Shown one piece after another: positions 28,245 through 43,096 of a stretch of DNA of 64,000 bases. Under the pieces are notes generated by a model. It was not told where the DNA came from, did no database searches, and saw only the letters and a list, made by a program, of their open reading frames with translations. The translations under genes were made by a program, and so were the position numbers. The stretch is taken from the NCBI GenBank assembly GCA_964016885.1, contig OZ024747.1, forward strand, positions 7,998,001 through 8,062,000, in the 5' to 3' direction. Numbering within the stretch: position 1 is the first letter of the stretch; every line of letters begins with the position of its first letter. Origin of the DNA: Eledone cirrhosa (Eukaryota).

Positions 28245-30154
28245 GACATAAAGAGTCTCTCATTGGCTGCACAGTACATCATATAAAATAGTACAACTGT
28301 TTGTGGTAATTGAGTGCAACGAGCAAGGAGTAAATAAACTATGTTTATATAATATGTTATTTAGATTGTATTTCTCTACTTATTTACTTTCAGTTTTTCA
28401 ACTTTTTAGATGCAACACATTCTAATATCACATAGAAAATTTTTTTTTTTTCCTTCATTTAAAGCCGACAAAATATATTGGATTTTAAGAAATTTTAGCT
28501 TTGTACAGAGAATCAATTGGGTGAGGCGGGGGTTGGTGACTATGATATTGTGATTTCTATTTTCTTCATTCCTGATAAATTTCCAGAAAATTAAAATGTT
28601 CACAGGAGTTTGTTTTCTGTCCCGGCTATTAAAACTTGCATGATATGTTAGCCACAATTTTCTGCATGTGTAACTCCTAAGGTGAGCAAAGGTACACACA
28701 TGGCATTCATATTTTGGGAACAAATAAAATGATAGTTGGACATATAAACAATTTAATTCAAATGAACAAATTAAATTTTATAAAAAAATCCCTTTTATTA
28801 AACGTCAAGAAGATACTGAGGTTTTGTTGTTGTTGTAGTTGTTTTGCTATGAGGATTACAATAATACATATATCTTTTAATACTTCTCTTACTCCTCTAT
28901 GAAACTATACAGAGGAACGAATCAGTGTCAACATTATAGAAAACCATAGCAGTTTGTTGTTTGAGTCTTGGACTTCAATCAATTCCAATAATGTGTGTTC
29001 CAGTTGTTTGGTAAATAGAACAGCTTGCTCATAAAATTAACATGTATTCCACATAGTTCTCAGGGAGATTCAGTATGACACAGTATGCGTGTGTGTGTGG
29101 CAAGGTTGACCCCTTTTGAATTACAGGTAACTTATTTTTGCTGGCTGAGTGGACTGAAGTAATATGAAATAAACTGTCTTGATCAATGATACAACACATT
29201 GCAGAGAACTGAACTTATAATCATATGATCTTACCAGATAGCCATGTACCTTTGTTGAAAATTATTAGTTATTAACTATCTATTAATACAGCACTGTACT
29301 GGAGTTGGTAATAATATTTCTTCTATACATATTTCCTTTGTTCTTTCTTTCTGTTTTTAATTTGTACAAATTTGTAATTTATTAAGTCATCTGACAACTA
29401 GATTTGCATTCATTTCTTTACACACAGGTCGTGTCGTTTCAGCTTGTCATTGCTAAACTATACAATTTACTGGCATCTATTAAATAATCACTTTAGCTTC
29501 AGCTACATTGCTTTACATTAAACAACATTTTGTCATATTTTTGTCCCTAGTTTCCAACTCTTTAAATCTCTCTTTTCTCAATAGAAAAATTTTCTGTTAC
29601 AGACCAATGGCTAAAGAGCTTTGCATTTTTTTTAACCTAACAAAATATGCAGAGTCATTGATTTTTATTGCGGTGCTTTACAGAACTATAACAAATATGC
29701 ACACTACACGTCACATACATCACACACAAGCACACTCAAAAATCACACATCACACACTTCACATACATCACACACAAATCACACACAAACACACTCACAA
29801 ATCACACCACATACATACACATCACATACACATTCACTCACAAATCACACATCACACACACACACAAAAAAGGACTTATATTACACAAACAACTTTGATT
29901 TTTATATCCCAGAACATAAAAAAACCTGCAAAATCAATTTTCACATCAATAGGTATTGATTAAAGGTTTTATATAATTTCCAATCATTATCAAGCGAGTG
30001 TTTGAAAGATACACTTACATTATTTAGAATTAATGGCACATATCTTTGCTTTAGATTGCTTGAATATGCATTTAATTCACTTTATTTATTCCTTCATTTA
30101 TTCATTATATATATTTATAAATATATATATATACAAACATACACACGCACACAT

Positions 30155-30199
<45 letters not shown>

Positions 30200-30285
30200 A
30201 TACATATATATATATATTTAAAAAATATATATATATACTATGTATATATATATTTTATATATATATATTTTATATATATACATAT

Positions 30286-30360
<75 letters not shown>

Positions 30361-30393
30361 CACACCACACACATGGTGATAATAATGAGGATG

Positions 30394-30424
<31 letters not shown>

Positions 30425-30730
30425 GTCATCATCATCATTTCATTTTACGTCCGCTTTTTCCCTGCTATATGGTATATGTATATATGCTATATATATATAT
30501 ATATATACATATATGATATATATAAATATACATGTATGTGTGTGTGTGTGTGTATATATATACTTAAATATTTATACACACACATACATACATATATATA
30601 TACATATATATATAAAGTATATATGGCACACATGCACACACACACACATGTATGTACATACACTATGCAATATATATACAATACATGCCATATAATGACT
30701 CACTCACTCTCTCTCACTTTCTATATATGT

Positions 30731-30770
<40 letters not shown>

Positions 30771-30803
30771 ACACTCACACACACACACACACTCACACAC
30801 ACA

Positions 30804-30846
<43 letters not shown>

Positions 30847-31706
30847 ACACACACATCCACTCACACACACACACACACTCACACACACACACACACACCC
30901 ACACACCCACACACCCACACACACACTCACACACACACACACACACTCCCCCTCACTCACACTCCCCCCCCTCCACACACACATTATCAGGAATGTATCT
31001 TGGTAAAGTTTCTTAAAGCCCATACCAACATATTATTTCTGCTCAGTAACTCATGTTTCTGTAATTTTGATCAATAAACCCAGCCAATATGTCTTCTTTT
31101 TCTTCTTCTTCTTTTTCTTCTTCTTCTTTTTCTTCTTCCTCTCCTCCCCCTCCCTTTTCCTTTTGCCCCCCCCCACTCACTTCCTTCTCCTCCCCTTCTT
31201 TGTATTTATTTTAATTGTATTTATTTATCTTTATTTTTCTCTTTTATTTTTCGGTCTTCATTGTTAAAAACTGTCCACAGTTTTCCTGGTCAATAACAAA
31301 TGTCTACATTATTTCAAGAACAATGGTAAAGTTCCTGAATGTATGTATATATGTATGCATATATATATATATATATATATAATAAATATATATATATATA
31401 TGTGTGTGTGTATATATGTATGTATTTTTTTTTCTTCGTTAGTTCCAAATGTTTACATTATTTCTGATAACCAAAGAACTTTTCCATTATTTATGTCCAA
31501 TAACAACGGAACATTCCATTGCTAATCAATAAAGCAATAACAATCCCAGAGCAGATCAATAATAGCAAGCAGCACTATTATAATTCATCATAGGCATACA
31601 ACATGGAATCGGTGGTTCCCTCCACATCAACAACTCTCTGAACTAGTCTTAAATCTCAAACGGTCATCAGTCTTTTAAGAATCTACAAAAAAAAATATCA
31701 AAACAT

Positions 31707-31933
31707 TAACCCTTTAGTATTTACATTATTCTATATATATACTACTATATATTCACGGTATACACTTTATCTGACATAATATCTCACATAATATCGAATC
31801 TATGAGATTTAGATGTTATTTATTTTGAGAACAATACCTTAACATCAGTATGAGAGGCCAGTACGGCCATTTTGAACAGAAACAGGTGAAAGAACTCTGG
31901 CCGGATACAGCCGGTTTAAATGCTAAAGGGTTA
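31707..31933 (+). mobile_element. piggyBac-like MITE, complete
   Basis: TTAACCCTTTAGTATTTAC ... TAAATGCTAAAGGGTTAA. Confidence 0.85.
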
Positions 31934-32134
31934 AAAACCTATGCTGAGCTTTGTTTACTACAGAGTATACAATGAAGGAACATATGCTAGAGTCTAGGGT
32001 GTTTGGCTCACAGTTCTATAGTCATAAATTTCATTCCTGGCTGCACATTGTGTCCTTGAACAAGACACTTTATTTCACATTTCTCCCATTTAAATCAACT
32101 GGAAGAAAATGAGTTGTGCTCTTAATTCATAGAA

Positions 32135-33272
32135 TATATTTTCAAATTTTAAAGGCTTTACCTGACATAATTATCTCACATAATATCTCACATAACATTT
32201 ACATTATTCTATATATACTATTATAATTATCACACATAATTATCTCACATAATATCTCACATAATATCTCACATAATATTTACATTATTCTATACATACT
32301 ATTATATTTTCACGGTAAAGGCTTTACCTCACATAATTATCTCATATAATATCTCACATAACATTTACATTATTCTATATATACTATTATAATTATCACA
32401 CATAATTATCTCACATAAATATCTCACATAAAATTTACATTACTATATATATACTATTATATTTTCATGGTAAAGGCCTTAGCTCACATAATATCTCACA
32501 TAACATTTACATTACTCTATATATCCTATTATATTTTCATGGTAAAGGCTTTACCTCACATAATTATCTCACATAATATCTCACATAACATTTACATTAT
32601 TCTATATATACTATTATAATTATCACACATAATTATCTCACATAATTATCTCATAACATTTACATTACTCTATATATACTATTATATTTTCATAGTAAAG
32701 GCTTTACCTCACATAATTATCTCACATAATATCTCATAACTTTTACATTACTCTATATATACTATTATATTTTCATAGTAAAGGCTTTACCTCACATAAT
32801 TATCTCACATAATATCTTACATAACATTTACATTACTCTATATATACTATTATATTTTCATAGTAAAGGCTTTACCTCACATAATTATCTCACATAATAT
32901 CTTACATAACATTTACATTACTCTATATATACTATTATATTTTCATAGTAAAGGCTTTACCTCACATAATTATCTCACATAATATCTTACATAACATTTA
33001 CATTACTCTATATATACTATTATATTTTCATAGTAAAGGCTTTACCTCACATAATTATCTCACATAATATCTCACATAACATTTACATTACTCTATATAT
33101 ACTATTATATTTTCATAGTAAAGGCTTTACTTCACATAATATTGAATCTATGAGATTTTGATATTATTTATTTTGAGGGCAATACCTTAACATCAGTGTG
33201 AGCAGTCAGTTACAGCTGGTTTGAATAGAAAGAGGAGAGAGAATTCTGGCCGATTTAAATGCTAAAGGGTTC
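32135..33272 (+). repeat. Satellite-like tandem (~80-90 bp units) amplified from the left part of the piggyBac-like MITE, followed by the MITE's normal right half
   Basis: Repeated TTTACATTACTCTATATATACTATTATATTTTCA..GTAAAGGCTTTACCTCACATAAT; ends TAAATGCTAAAGGGTT. Confidence 0.85.
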
Positions 33273-34496
33273 AAGCAAACAATTCACACATTGTTTTTGA
33301 GAGATATTATTCCACAAAATAATTTCTTCAAGAAACCCTGCCAATCAAATAGTTGAGAGGATTCTTCAGCTCTGTCAAAGACATGGCAATCAGAGCTGGT
33401 ACCACTATAAAACACACCCAGTGAACTCTGTAAAGTGTAGAAATGTATGTGAGATGTGACCCCCCCCCCCCTTCTTTATCCATCTGTCTGAGAGGTCAGT
33501 GACATTGTTTAGGTTCTGACTTCATTTGTGATGACACCCCCCTCCACCCACCCAAACCCTTGCTACAGGTAAAATCTGAATGATGATGATGATGATGATG
33601 ATATGATGATGATGACAACGATGATGATGATGATTAGAATGATGATGATGATGCTGATAATGGCGACGATGATGACAATGATGATTTTGGTGACGATGAT
33701 GATGATGATGATATGATGATGATGATGATGATAATTAGAATGATGATGATGGTGATGATGATTAGAATGATGGTGATGATGATGATGATGCTGCTGATAA
33801 CGGTGATGATGACGATGATGATGATGATGATGATGATTTTCAATAAAGAACTTTGGCAAACCTTCCCGCTACTATCTCTTTATTTGTACACCTCACCTAG
33901 GGGTACACTATCTGTCTATATTCTCCTTGCTATATCCTTTTATCACCCCAATTTCACTCCCATGCTATTCATCTCTTATATTCCATCACCTACTTCACCA
34001 TTCCTTCCACAATGTTGTCACAGTCTTTGCCAAAAGAATTGACGCAGTAAATAACAAAAAATAGCTGTTGTCGAGAAGAAGGAATATTTCTCAATGCTTT
34101 GCCTAATTGCATTCAAATTGTTTGTGTTATCTTACCTGAGAAAACACAGAAATTCTATAGTAATTTACAATAACTTCAAACTTCAAAATCCATAGGCGGC
34201 TGTATATGCAATAGGAATTCTGTTGTCTTCTTCATAGCCTTCTTCTTCTCCTTCTTTGCCCTCTTCTTCTTCTCTTCCCTCTTACCGTTTCTTCCCCCAT
34301 CCCACTACTTCCCTCTTACTCCTCCTCTTTCTGTTTCTTCTTCTCATAAGACACATCTAAACAACCTCCATTCATAAATATCCCACACTGTCAATAGTTC
34401 TAATTTTCAAAGTTGTCTGTTTCTTTCAGTGAAATATGTTGTTTACTTTAAAAAATATTTAGGTTTATTCTACTACGAAACAGATGTTAAATTGAT

Positions 34497-35450
34497 AATC
34501 ATTTCTAATTTAGGCACAAGGCCAGCAATTTTTGGGGGGCAGGGAAAGTCATGTAAATCGACCCTAGTGCATACCTTGTGCTTTGTTGTATTGACCCCGT
34601 ATGGATGAATGGCAAAGCTAACTTCGGGAGGATTTGAACTCAGAACGCAAAGGGCTGTAACTCTATGCTGCGAAGCATGATGTTTGATGCTTTACCGATA
34701 CTGCGAATCCACCAATTTCTAATTTAGGCACAAGGACAGCAATTTTGTGGGTGGGGAAAGTTGATATTACATCAGTCCCAGTATGTGACTAATACTTCAT
34801 TTTATCAACCTTGGAATGGTATAAGGCAAAGTTAACCTCGGTGGGATTTGATCTCAGAAAATAAAGAGCTGGAATAAATACTGCTAAGGATTTGTTTGAT
34901 GCTCAAATATCTCTGCCAATCCTCTACCCTTCTTAAATAGATAATTGTTTCTACTTTAGCACAAGGCCAGCAATTATATCAGTATATTACTGTAAAATTT
35001 GGTATATTCGGGTACAACCCGAAGCTGAAGCATATAGACAATATGCCCCCACACCCTCCCACTGCAAAGTGGTCGTGGAGGTGCCACGGCAAAAAAGCAC
35101 CCAGGCCACACTGTAAAGTGGACGTGGAGGCGCCACAGAAAAAAGCACCCAGCACTCACTGTAAATGAGGTTGGTGTTAGGAAGGGCATCCAGCTGTAGA
35201 AATCAAACCAGAATCAGTTCCGTATGAGCAAGACAAGGTCAGCCGACCGGACACTGCTCACAACAGGACAACCTATCTAACCCATGTTAGCGTGGAAGAA
35301 CGGACGTAAAACGATGATGATGTTGATGATGTTTAGTGGTACTTTATTTTATCGACCCCGTAAGGATGAAAGGCAAAGTTAACCTTGGTGGGATTTGAAC
35401 TCAAACCGTAAAGAGCCATAACTCAATGCTGCAAACCTCTACAGATACTG
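34497..35450 (-). mobile_element. Cluster of three family-A-like SINEs, the third interrupted by an RTE 3' UTR (~35045-35330, plus)
   Basis: Repeated GCACAAGGCCAGCAATT tails and GGATTTGAACTC boxes; GGTTGGTGTTAGGAAGGGCATCCAG...GGACGTAAAACGATGATGATG. Confidence 0.75.
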
Positions 35451-36011
35451 CATGATGATCATCATCATAATCAACATTATGTTGATCATAACAGTAATGA
35501 TGGTGAGATGATGATGAGTAGATTTAACATATGATAACATTTTTGCAAAAAACCCCCAAAGAATAAGAAAGAGAAAAAAATGTTGTAGAGAATGTAAGTG
35601 AAGGTGGGGAAGGGAACAGCAGATAGTAATATATATGTTAATTAACTACCAACACAAGTGCTAATTACATGCAAATTAGTACATCCATTTCAGAATAATA
35701 ATCAGAGCAAATGGGTATATAAGCTGATGAAGTACATGTTTTTTTCTGGTTGTTTGGATGACATACACATCTTCTGATGAGGGGCCCATTGTTGAATAGG
35801 AAATGTAAATTTAAATTTTCTTATGTATATTTTCTGTTAATTTTCCAGCCTCACTTTCAATTTTAACAGATTTTCAATCTCATTTTTTTAAAAATTTCAT
35901 AACCCCTCTGAGTGAACTAGACATATGTTAATATTGTCTAGGGTCACCTTTGGTGATGGAGTAGTTCACTAACTAACTAAATATATATATATACACAGGG
36001 ATGTATATATA

Positions 36012-36212
36012 GGCCAGAATTCTCTCACCTATTTCGGTTCAAACCGGCTGTAACTGGCCACTTATACTGATGTTAAGGTATTTATTCTCAAAATAAATAC
36101 TATCAAAATCTCGTAGATTCGATATTATGTGAGATATTTATTATGTGAGATAAATCCTTTACCATGAAAATACAATAGTAAATATAGTGTAATGTAAATG
36201 CTAAAGGGTTAA
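36012..36212 (-). mobile_element. piggyBac-like MITE, one end missing
   Basis: Ends GTAAATGCTAAAGGGTTAA. Confidence 0.8.
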
Positions 36213-36638
36213 AGAGATGAAAAGCAAGAATCTGCAATCATAGAGCATGTAAATTTATTATTTACTGAAAAGACAGTCTATGAAAATTACCTAAATTTAT
36301 GTTTGATATATCTATGCATAACTATTTCACTTAACGAATATTTATATAATTACACTGACAAGTATCACATAGCAAAATATGAGATAGCAGCATGTGATAT
36401 CACTATAGAAAATGTATTAGAGTCAATGGCAGTGAGGATAGGAACATGATATATTTATATAAAAGAATTCTAAATTGAATAAGTAAGAATAATGGTCTGG
36501 TATGATAACATAGAGAAGATGGGAAGTAATTATCAATAGACTATAAGGAGAGAGTGACCCATATAATTATATCAGAGAGAGAGAGAGGAAGGAGAGAAAA
36601 AGGAAGGAGAGAGAGAAGAGGGGGGAGTGAAAGATAGG

Positions 36639-36694
<56 letters not shown>

Positions 36695-36983
36695 GGAGAT
36701 AGAAAGGAAGGAAAGAGAGAGATAGACAGAGAGAGAGAGAGATAGTTAGTAAGAGCATAAACAGATATTCCCAAGATATGTTTGTCTGTCACTGTCTATT
36801 CCAGTGTGGGAAAGAGTGAAAGCATGTAGCTTAATGGTCAGGATACTTAACTCACAATTTTAAAGTCATGAGTTCGATTCTAAGTGGCCTCTTGTGTCCT
36901 TGAGCAAGACACTTTATATCACGTTGTTCCAGTTCACATAGCTAGCAAAAATTATATATTTATATATATATACTATAATATAT

Positions 36984-37143
36984 AGGAACAAGTAAGACCC
37001 CGACGGCTGAGCTCAAGCCGTCGAAACGGCTTGAGCTCAGCCGTCGGGGTCTTACTTGTTCCTATTACCCACTCTACTACCCTAAGTATTGAGTACGTTG
37101 GTGCGTTATGGTCCACCTGGTTCCTTACCACATTTCCTTCGTT
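36984..37143 (+). mobile_element. H2 hairpin-plus-tail element
   Basis: Perfect palindrome ATAGGAACAAGTAAGACCCCGACGGCTGAGCTCAAGCCGT-CGAA-ACGGCTTGAGCTCAGCCGTCGGGGTCTTACTTGTTCCTAT; TACTATAATATATA on both flanks. Confidence 0.8.
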
Positions 37144-37149
37144 ACTATA

Positions 37150-37191
37150 ATATATATATATATACTATAAAGATAAGGATCAAGGATTTAG

Positions 37192-37222
<31 letters not shown>

Positions 37223-37249
37223 CTATAAAGATAAGGATCAAGGATTTAG

Positions 37250-37280
<31 letters not shown>

Positions 37281-37801
37281 CTATAAAGATAAGGATCAAG
37301 GATTTAGTTTAATATATATATATATATATACTATAAAGATAAGGAACAAGGATTTAGTTTAATATATATATATATATATATATACTATAAAGATAAGGAT
37401 CAAGGATTTAGTTTAATATATATATATATATATATACTATAAAGATAAGGATCAAGGATTTAGTTTAATATATATATATATATATATACTATAAAGATAA
37501 GGATCAAGGATTTAGTTTAATATATATATATATATACTATAAAGATAAGGAACAAGGATTTAGTTATATATATATATATATACTATAAAGATAAGGATCA
37601 AGGATTTAGTTTAATATATATATATATATACTATAAAGATAAGGATCAAGGATTTAGTTTAATATATATATATATATACTATAAAGATAAGGATCAAGGA
37701 TTTAGTTTAATATATATATATATATACTATAAAGATAAGGATCAAGGATTTAGTTTAATATATATATATATATACTATAAAGATAAGGATCAAGGATTTA
37801 G

Positions 37802-37834
<33 letters not shown>

Positions 37835-39336
37835 CTATAAAGATAAGGATCAAGGATTTAGTTTAATATATATATATATATATATACTATAAAGATAAGG
37901 AACAAGGATTTAGTTTAATATATATATATATATATACTATAAAGATAAGGAACAAGGATTTAGTTTAATATATATATATATATATATACTATAAAGATAA
38001 GGAACAAGGATTTAGTTTAATATATATATATATATATATACTATAAAGATAAGGATCAAGGATTTAGTTTAATATATATATATATATATATATACTATAA
38101 AGATAAGGATCAAGGATTTAGTTTAATATATATATATATATATATACTATAAAGATAAGGATCAAGGATTTAGTTTAATATATATATATATATATATACT
38201 ATAAAGATAAGGATCAAGGATTTAGTTTAATATATATATATATATATATATATACTATAAAGATAAGGAACAAGGATTTAGTTTAATATATATATATATA
38301 CTATAAAGATAAGGAACAAGGATTTAGTTATATATATATATATATATACTATAAAGATAAGGATCAAGGATTTAGTTTAATATATATATATATATATACT
38401 ATAAAGATAAGGATCAAGGATTTAGTTTAATATATATATATATATATATACTATAAAGATAAGGAACAAGGATTTAGTTTAATATATATATATATATATA
38501 TATATACTATAAAGATAAGGAACAAGGATTTAGTTTAATATATATATATATATATATACTATAAAGATAAGGAACAAGGATTTAGTTTAATATATATATA
38601 TATATATATATACTATAAAGATAAGGATCAAGGATTTAGTTTAATATATATATATACTATAAAGATAAGGATCAAGGATTTAGTTTAATATATATATATA
38701 TATATATACTATAAAGATAAGGATCAAGGATTTAGTTTAATATATATATATATATATATACTATAAAGATAAGGAACAAGGATTTAGTTTAATATATATA
38801 TATATATACTATAAAGATAAGGAACAAGGATTTAGTTTAATATATATATATATATACTATAAAGATAAGGATCAAGGATTTAGTTTAATATATATATATA
38901 TATATATATATACTATAAAGATAAGGATCAAGGATTTAGTTTAATATATATATATATATACTATAAAGATAAGGAACAAGGATTTAGTTTAATATATATA
39001 TATATATATATATACTATAAAGATAAGGATCAAGGATTTAGTTTAATATATATATATATATATATACTATAAAGATAAGGAACAAGGATTTAGTTTATAT
39101 ATATATATATATATATATACTATAAAGATAAGGAACAAGGATTTAGTTATATATATATATATATATATATACTATAAAGATAAGGATCAAGGATTTAGTT
39201 TAATATATATATATATATACTATAAAGATAAGGATCAAGGATTTAGTTTAATATATATATATACTATAAAGATAAGGATCAAGGATTTAGTTTAATATAT
39301 ATATATATACTATAAAGATAAGGAACAAGGATTTAG

Positions 39337-39380
<44 letters not shown>

Positions 39381-39606
39381 TATAAAGATAAGGATCAAGG
39401 ATTTAGTTTAATATATATATATATATATATACTATAAAGATAAGGATCAAGGATTTAGTTTAATATATATATATATATACTATAAAGATAAGGATCAAGG
39501 ATTTAGTTTAATATATATATATATATATATACTATAAAGATAAGGATCAAGGATTTAGTTTAATATATATATATATATACTATAAAGATAAGGATCAAGG
39601 ATTTAG

Positions 39607-39644
<38 letters not shown>

Positions 39645-39718
39645 TATAAAGATAAGGATCAAGGATTTAGTTTAATATATATATATATACTATAATGATA
39701 AGGATCAAGGATTTAGTG
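37150..39718. repeat. Array of 50 constant ~31-nt units separated by variable-length (AT)n
   Basis: CTATAAAGATAAGGA(T/A)CAAGGATTTAGTT(TA)A; 50 units counted by eye. Confidence 0.95.
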
Positions 39719-39739
39719 TTGGATTATAACATATTTAAT

Positions 39740-39828
39740 AACATATTACATATGTTTCACTATCACTCGAGGCAAGACTGATTATAGATCAAACCTGACT
39801 CTGTAATTGAAAGGTCGTCAGATATGTT
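39740..39828 (-). ncRNA. Type I hammerhead ribozyme with long stem II (H5)
   Basis: Minus strand: AACATAT-CTGACGA-[imperfect stem II]-GAAA-CATATG-TA-ATATGTT; GUA triplet. Confidence 0.7.
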
Positions 39829-39944
39829 TAGTATATGAATTCGTCTCCGATTCTGCGCATTGAGTGCTCAACCAGCATACCACCTATGGACTCATTTTTC
39901 ATGCAACCATACAACTATATATGTATATATGTATATATATATAT

Positions 39945-40082
39945 TTGTTTTGCAAGGTTTTTGATATGAAATTGTGTGTCGAAACAAATATTGTTATACT
40001 TGGGGAGGGTCATATTGTTATAATATTGCCAGAAATTATAATATTTTTGGCAATATTATAACAATATGATCCTCCCTAAGTA

Positions 40083-40087
<5 letters not shown>
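39945..40087 (-). mobile_element. Hairpin-plus-tail insertion in (AT)n
   Basis: Palindrome ~39993-40086 GTTATACTTGGGGAGGGTCATATTG...CAATATGATCCTCCCTAAGTATAAC. Confidence 0.6.
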
Positions 40088-40134
<47 letters not shown>

Positions 40135-40481
40135 AAAGGTAAACAGAAATAACAACACAATCGGTACAGTATATGGAAGGTATATATTAGGTTAACGCTT
40201 GATATATATATATATATATATGTTATACAACTTTGCTTTTCCACATCTCCACTAATATTCCATTCTTATTTCTCTACATCAACACATTTCTCATCATCTG
40301 TTATATATTCTAGCCTTTTCAGCCCCTCTTTTCTTTTCCCTCTCTCTCTCTCAACTTTTCCGTCTCTTCTTCTCTGGCCCCTTTTCCGTCCATAAGGGGT
40401 TGTTTACCTGATTCTCTACGCAATGATCATTTATAGCAGCCGGCTGTTTTGCAGTTATTTCTGTGTTTGAGTCCCTTACAC

Positions 40482-40527
<46 letters not shown>

Positions 40528-40581
40528 TGTATATATATATATAGATGTGAGAAAATCCACAGACCCTCCATCTCAACTCTA

Positions 40582-40617
40582 CTTTTGAAAAGCAGAAGAA
40601 CTGTGAAACCGGTAAAG
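40582..40617 (+). ncRNA. Hammerhead-like motif with U3-A8 core variant
   Basis: CTT-TTGAAAA-GCAG-AAGAA-CTGT-GAAA-CCGG-TA-AAG inside a ~205-bp insertion between (AT)n tracts. Confidence 0.45.
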
Positions 40618-40819
40618 GAACCAAATGTATATATTTAAAAAAAAAATAAGACTCCAGTTGCATTTTCGATTTCAGCTTTTTTTCTTTATACTTTCACTCG
40701 TGTAGGACACCTCGGTTATTTTTCATTTTGTAAAAAAACCTCACTTTCTAATATATATATATATATATCTATATATATATATATATGCGTGTGTGTATAT
40801 ATATACATATATCTAAGTC

Positions 40820-41093
40820 TAAAGTCTATCTTAAACCAGAAGGCTCATTTGGCCGGTGCTTATCTCGGTTTCATGGCATGAAGCGACTGAGAGTACAAGA
40901 CTCCCCACTGGACAGGACGCCAGTCCATCGCAGGGTTAAACCTCCAGCTATTGCTGGTACTCATTTTCAGCTGAGTATACTGGAGCAACGTGAAATTAAG
41001 TGTTTTGCTCAAGAACACAACACACAACCCAGGAATCGAACCCACGCCATTATGATCGTAAGTCCAACACTCTTAGCACTAGGCCACGTGCCT
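40820..41093 (-). mobile_element. tRNA-derived SINE with V-domain-like core (family B)
   Basis: Minus: GGCACGTGGCCTAGTG...GGTTCGATTCC...CCCTGCGATGGACTGGCGTCCTGTCCAG; (AGACTT)n tail. Confidence 0.8.
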
Positions 41094-41094
41094 C

Positions 41095-41137
<43 letters not shown>

Positions 41138-41146
41138 GTATGTATA

Positions 41147-41190
<44 letters not shown>

Positions 41191-41221
41191 TATATATATA
41201 TTTATTAAAATAACAGATTAA

Positions 41222-41272
41222 AGTTTAAGCAAAGAATCGCTGCTTTCACCCTTAACGGGATCTTCTGAAACT
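41222..41272 (-). ncRNA. Degenerate hammerhead motif
   Basis: Minus: AGTTT-CAGAAGA-TCCC-GTTAA-GGGT-GAAA-GCA...TGC-TT-AAACT; core U4 replaced by A. Confidence 0.4.
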
Positions 41273-41442
41273 AACAAAGTCAATCTGTGAACCCAGAAGT
41301 GAATATTTCAAAAAACGTTGCAACCGGAGGAAGACAGGAAGACGATACTTTGGTTCGTGGAAACGTTCCCTGGCAACGAACGGGAAAAAACGAATATAAT
41401 ACGTTATTATTTGGAGCGATTATTATTATTATTATTAATATA

Positions 41443-41475
<33 letters not shown>

Positions 41476-41530
41476 TTATATACATGTATGTATATATATA
41501 TTTATATGTATGTATATATCTATTTATATG

Positions 41531-41568
<38 letters not shown>

Positions 41569-41829
41569 CATGTATATATTTATATACATGTATATATATA
41601 TATATTTATATACATGTATATATTTATATACATGTATATATATATATATTTATATACATGTATATATATATATTTATATATATATATATATAATTATATT
41701 TATATACATGTATATATATATATATATATTATATACATGTATATATATATATTTATATGTATGTATGTATACACACATGTATGTATATCTATATATCTAT
41801 ATATATATGTATATATATGTGTGTGTGTT

Positions 41830-41862
<33 letters not shown>

Positions 41863-42356
41863 GAGTGGTGAGCAATTCAACAGTGTCAAAATATTTACCT
41901 AATGGAAATATATCAAACACAAACAAGAGATATTGTATCAATGAATAATGACATATCTATTGTCATTTCCTAACTACTGAGCAAAGATTTCAAATACAGC
42001 ATGATGAAAGAGCGGGGCATGTTCTGTTAGGGAATCCAAAAAACTAGGATACAATCGCTCACAGAAAAAAATCAAACAAAATTTCACAGAAACGATCAAC
42101 ATTTGCTTCAATCATACTAAACAAGGTCGTCCAGACATTTTTCAAGTATCAGACAATTGATGGTTAATAAAAAAAAGATAGAACTGAAATAAACTATATG
42201 TGAAAGATGGATGAGAAATGTTCTAAATGTGGTACATTCAAGTGGTGAAAGGAAAGGTTCTTCAGGAACTTTCAGAGAAATCCTCCATTCAATTTAATGT
42301 ATGTTGTGGTAAAAGACAACTACTACTACCACCCTGTCCCAATTCTCCTTCTGAGT

Positions 42357-42771
42357 TTAACCCTTTACCATTTACATTACTCTATATATTCTATTGTTTT
42401 CTTGTGGTAAAAACTTTATCTCACATAATTATCTCACATAATATCGAATCTACAAGATTTTGATATTATTTATTTTGAGAACAATACCTTAATGTCAGTA
42501 TGAGCAGCCAGTTATGGCCTGTTTGAACAGAAAGAGGTGAGAGAATTCTGGCTGGATATGGCCAGTTTAATCCATTAGCAATTACATTACTCAATATATA
42601 CTATTGTATTTTTGTGGTAAAGGTTTTATCTCACATAATATCGAAGCTACAAGATTTTGATATTATTTTTGAGAACAATACCTTAATTAAGAGCCAGTTA
42701 CAGCCGGTTTGAACAGAAAGAGGTGAGAGAATTCTGGCTGGATATGGCCGGTTTAAATGCTAAAGGGTTAA
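42357..42771 (+). mobile_element. Tandem dimer of the piggyBac-like MITE
   Basis: TTAACCCTTTA start, internal TTAATCCATTAGCA restart near 42567, TAAAGGGTTAA end. Confidence 0.8.
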
Positions 42772-43096
42772 AGAACTGTTAAATTAAACTACTCATAAGG
42801 GTGTCAAATTTAGATCAAATATTAAGGCTTAATACTCGTGTTTTAGGTTTCAAATGATCAGATATAATGGAAACTAAATAAATAAATTATCATCTATTAG
42901 AAGTATATACATACATTAGATGGTGGGATCTTTCATTGATCACCATAGTGCATTACTGGTACTTTATTTTATGGACCCTGTAAGGCAAAGCCAAGCTTGG
43001 CAGTATCTGATCTCAGATTGTAAAGGGATGTAATCCTATGCCATAAAGCATGTTGTCTGATGCCTCTACCAATACTGTCAATCTACCACCCTCATA

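Noticed and set aside
35770-35935. Hammerhead at CTTCTGATGAGGGG
   Set aside because: No properly placed stem II-GAAA-UH with matching stem I could be found
37150-39718. CRISPR-like repeat-spacer array
   Set aside because: Spacers are only (AT)n, there are no cas genes and the context is eukaryotic
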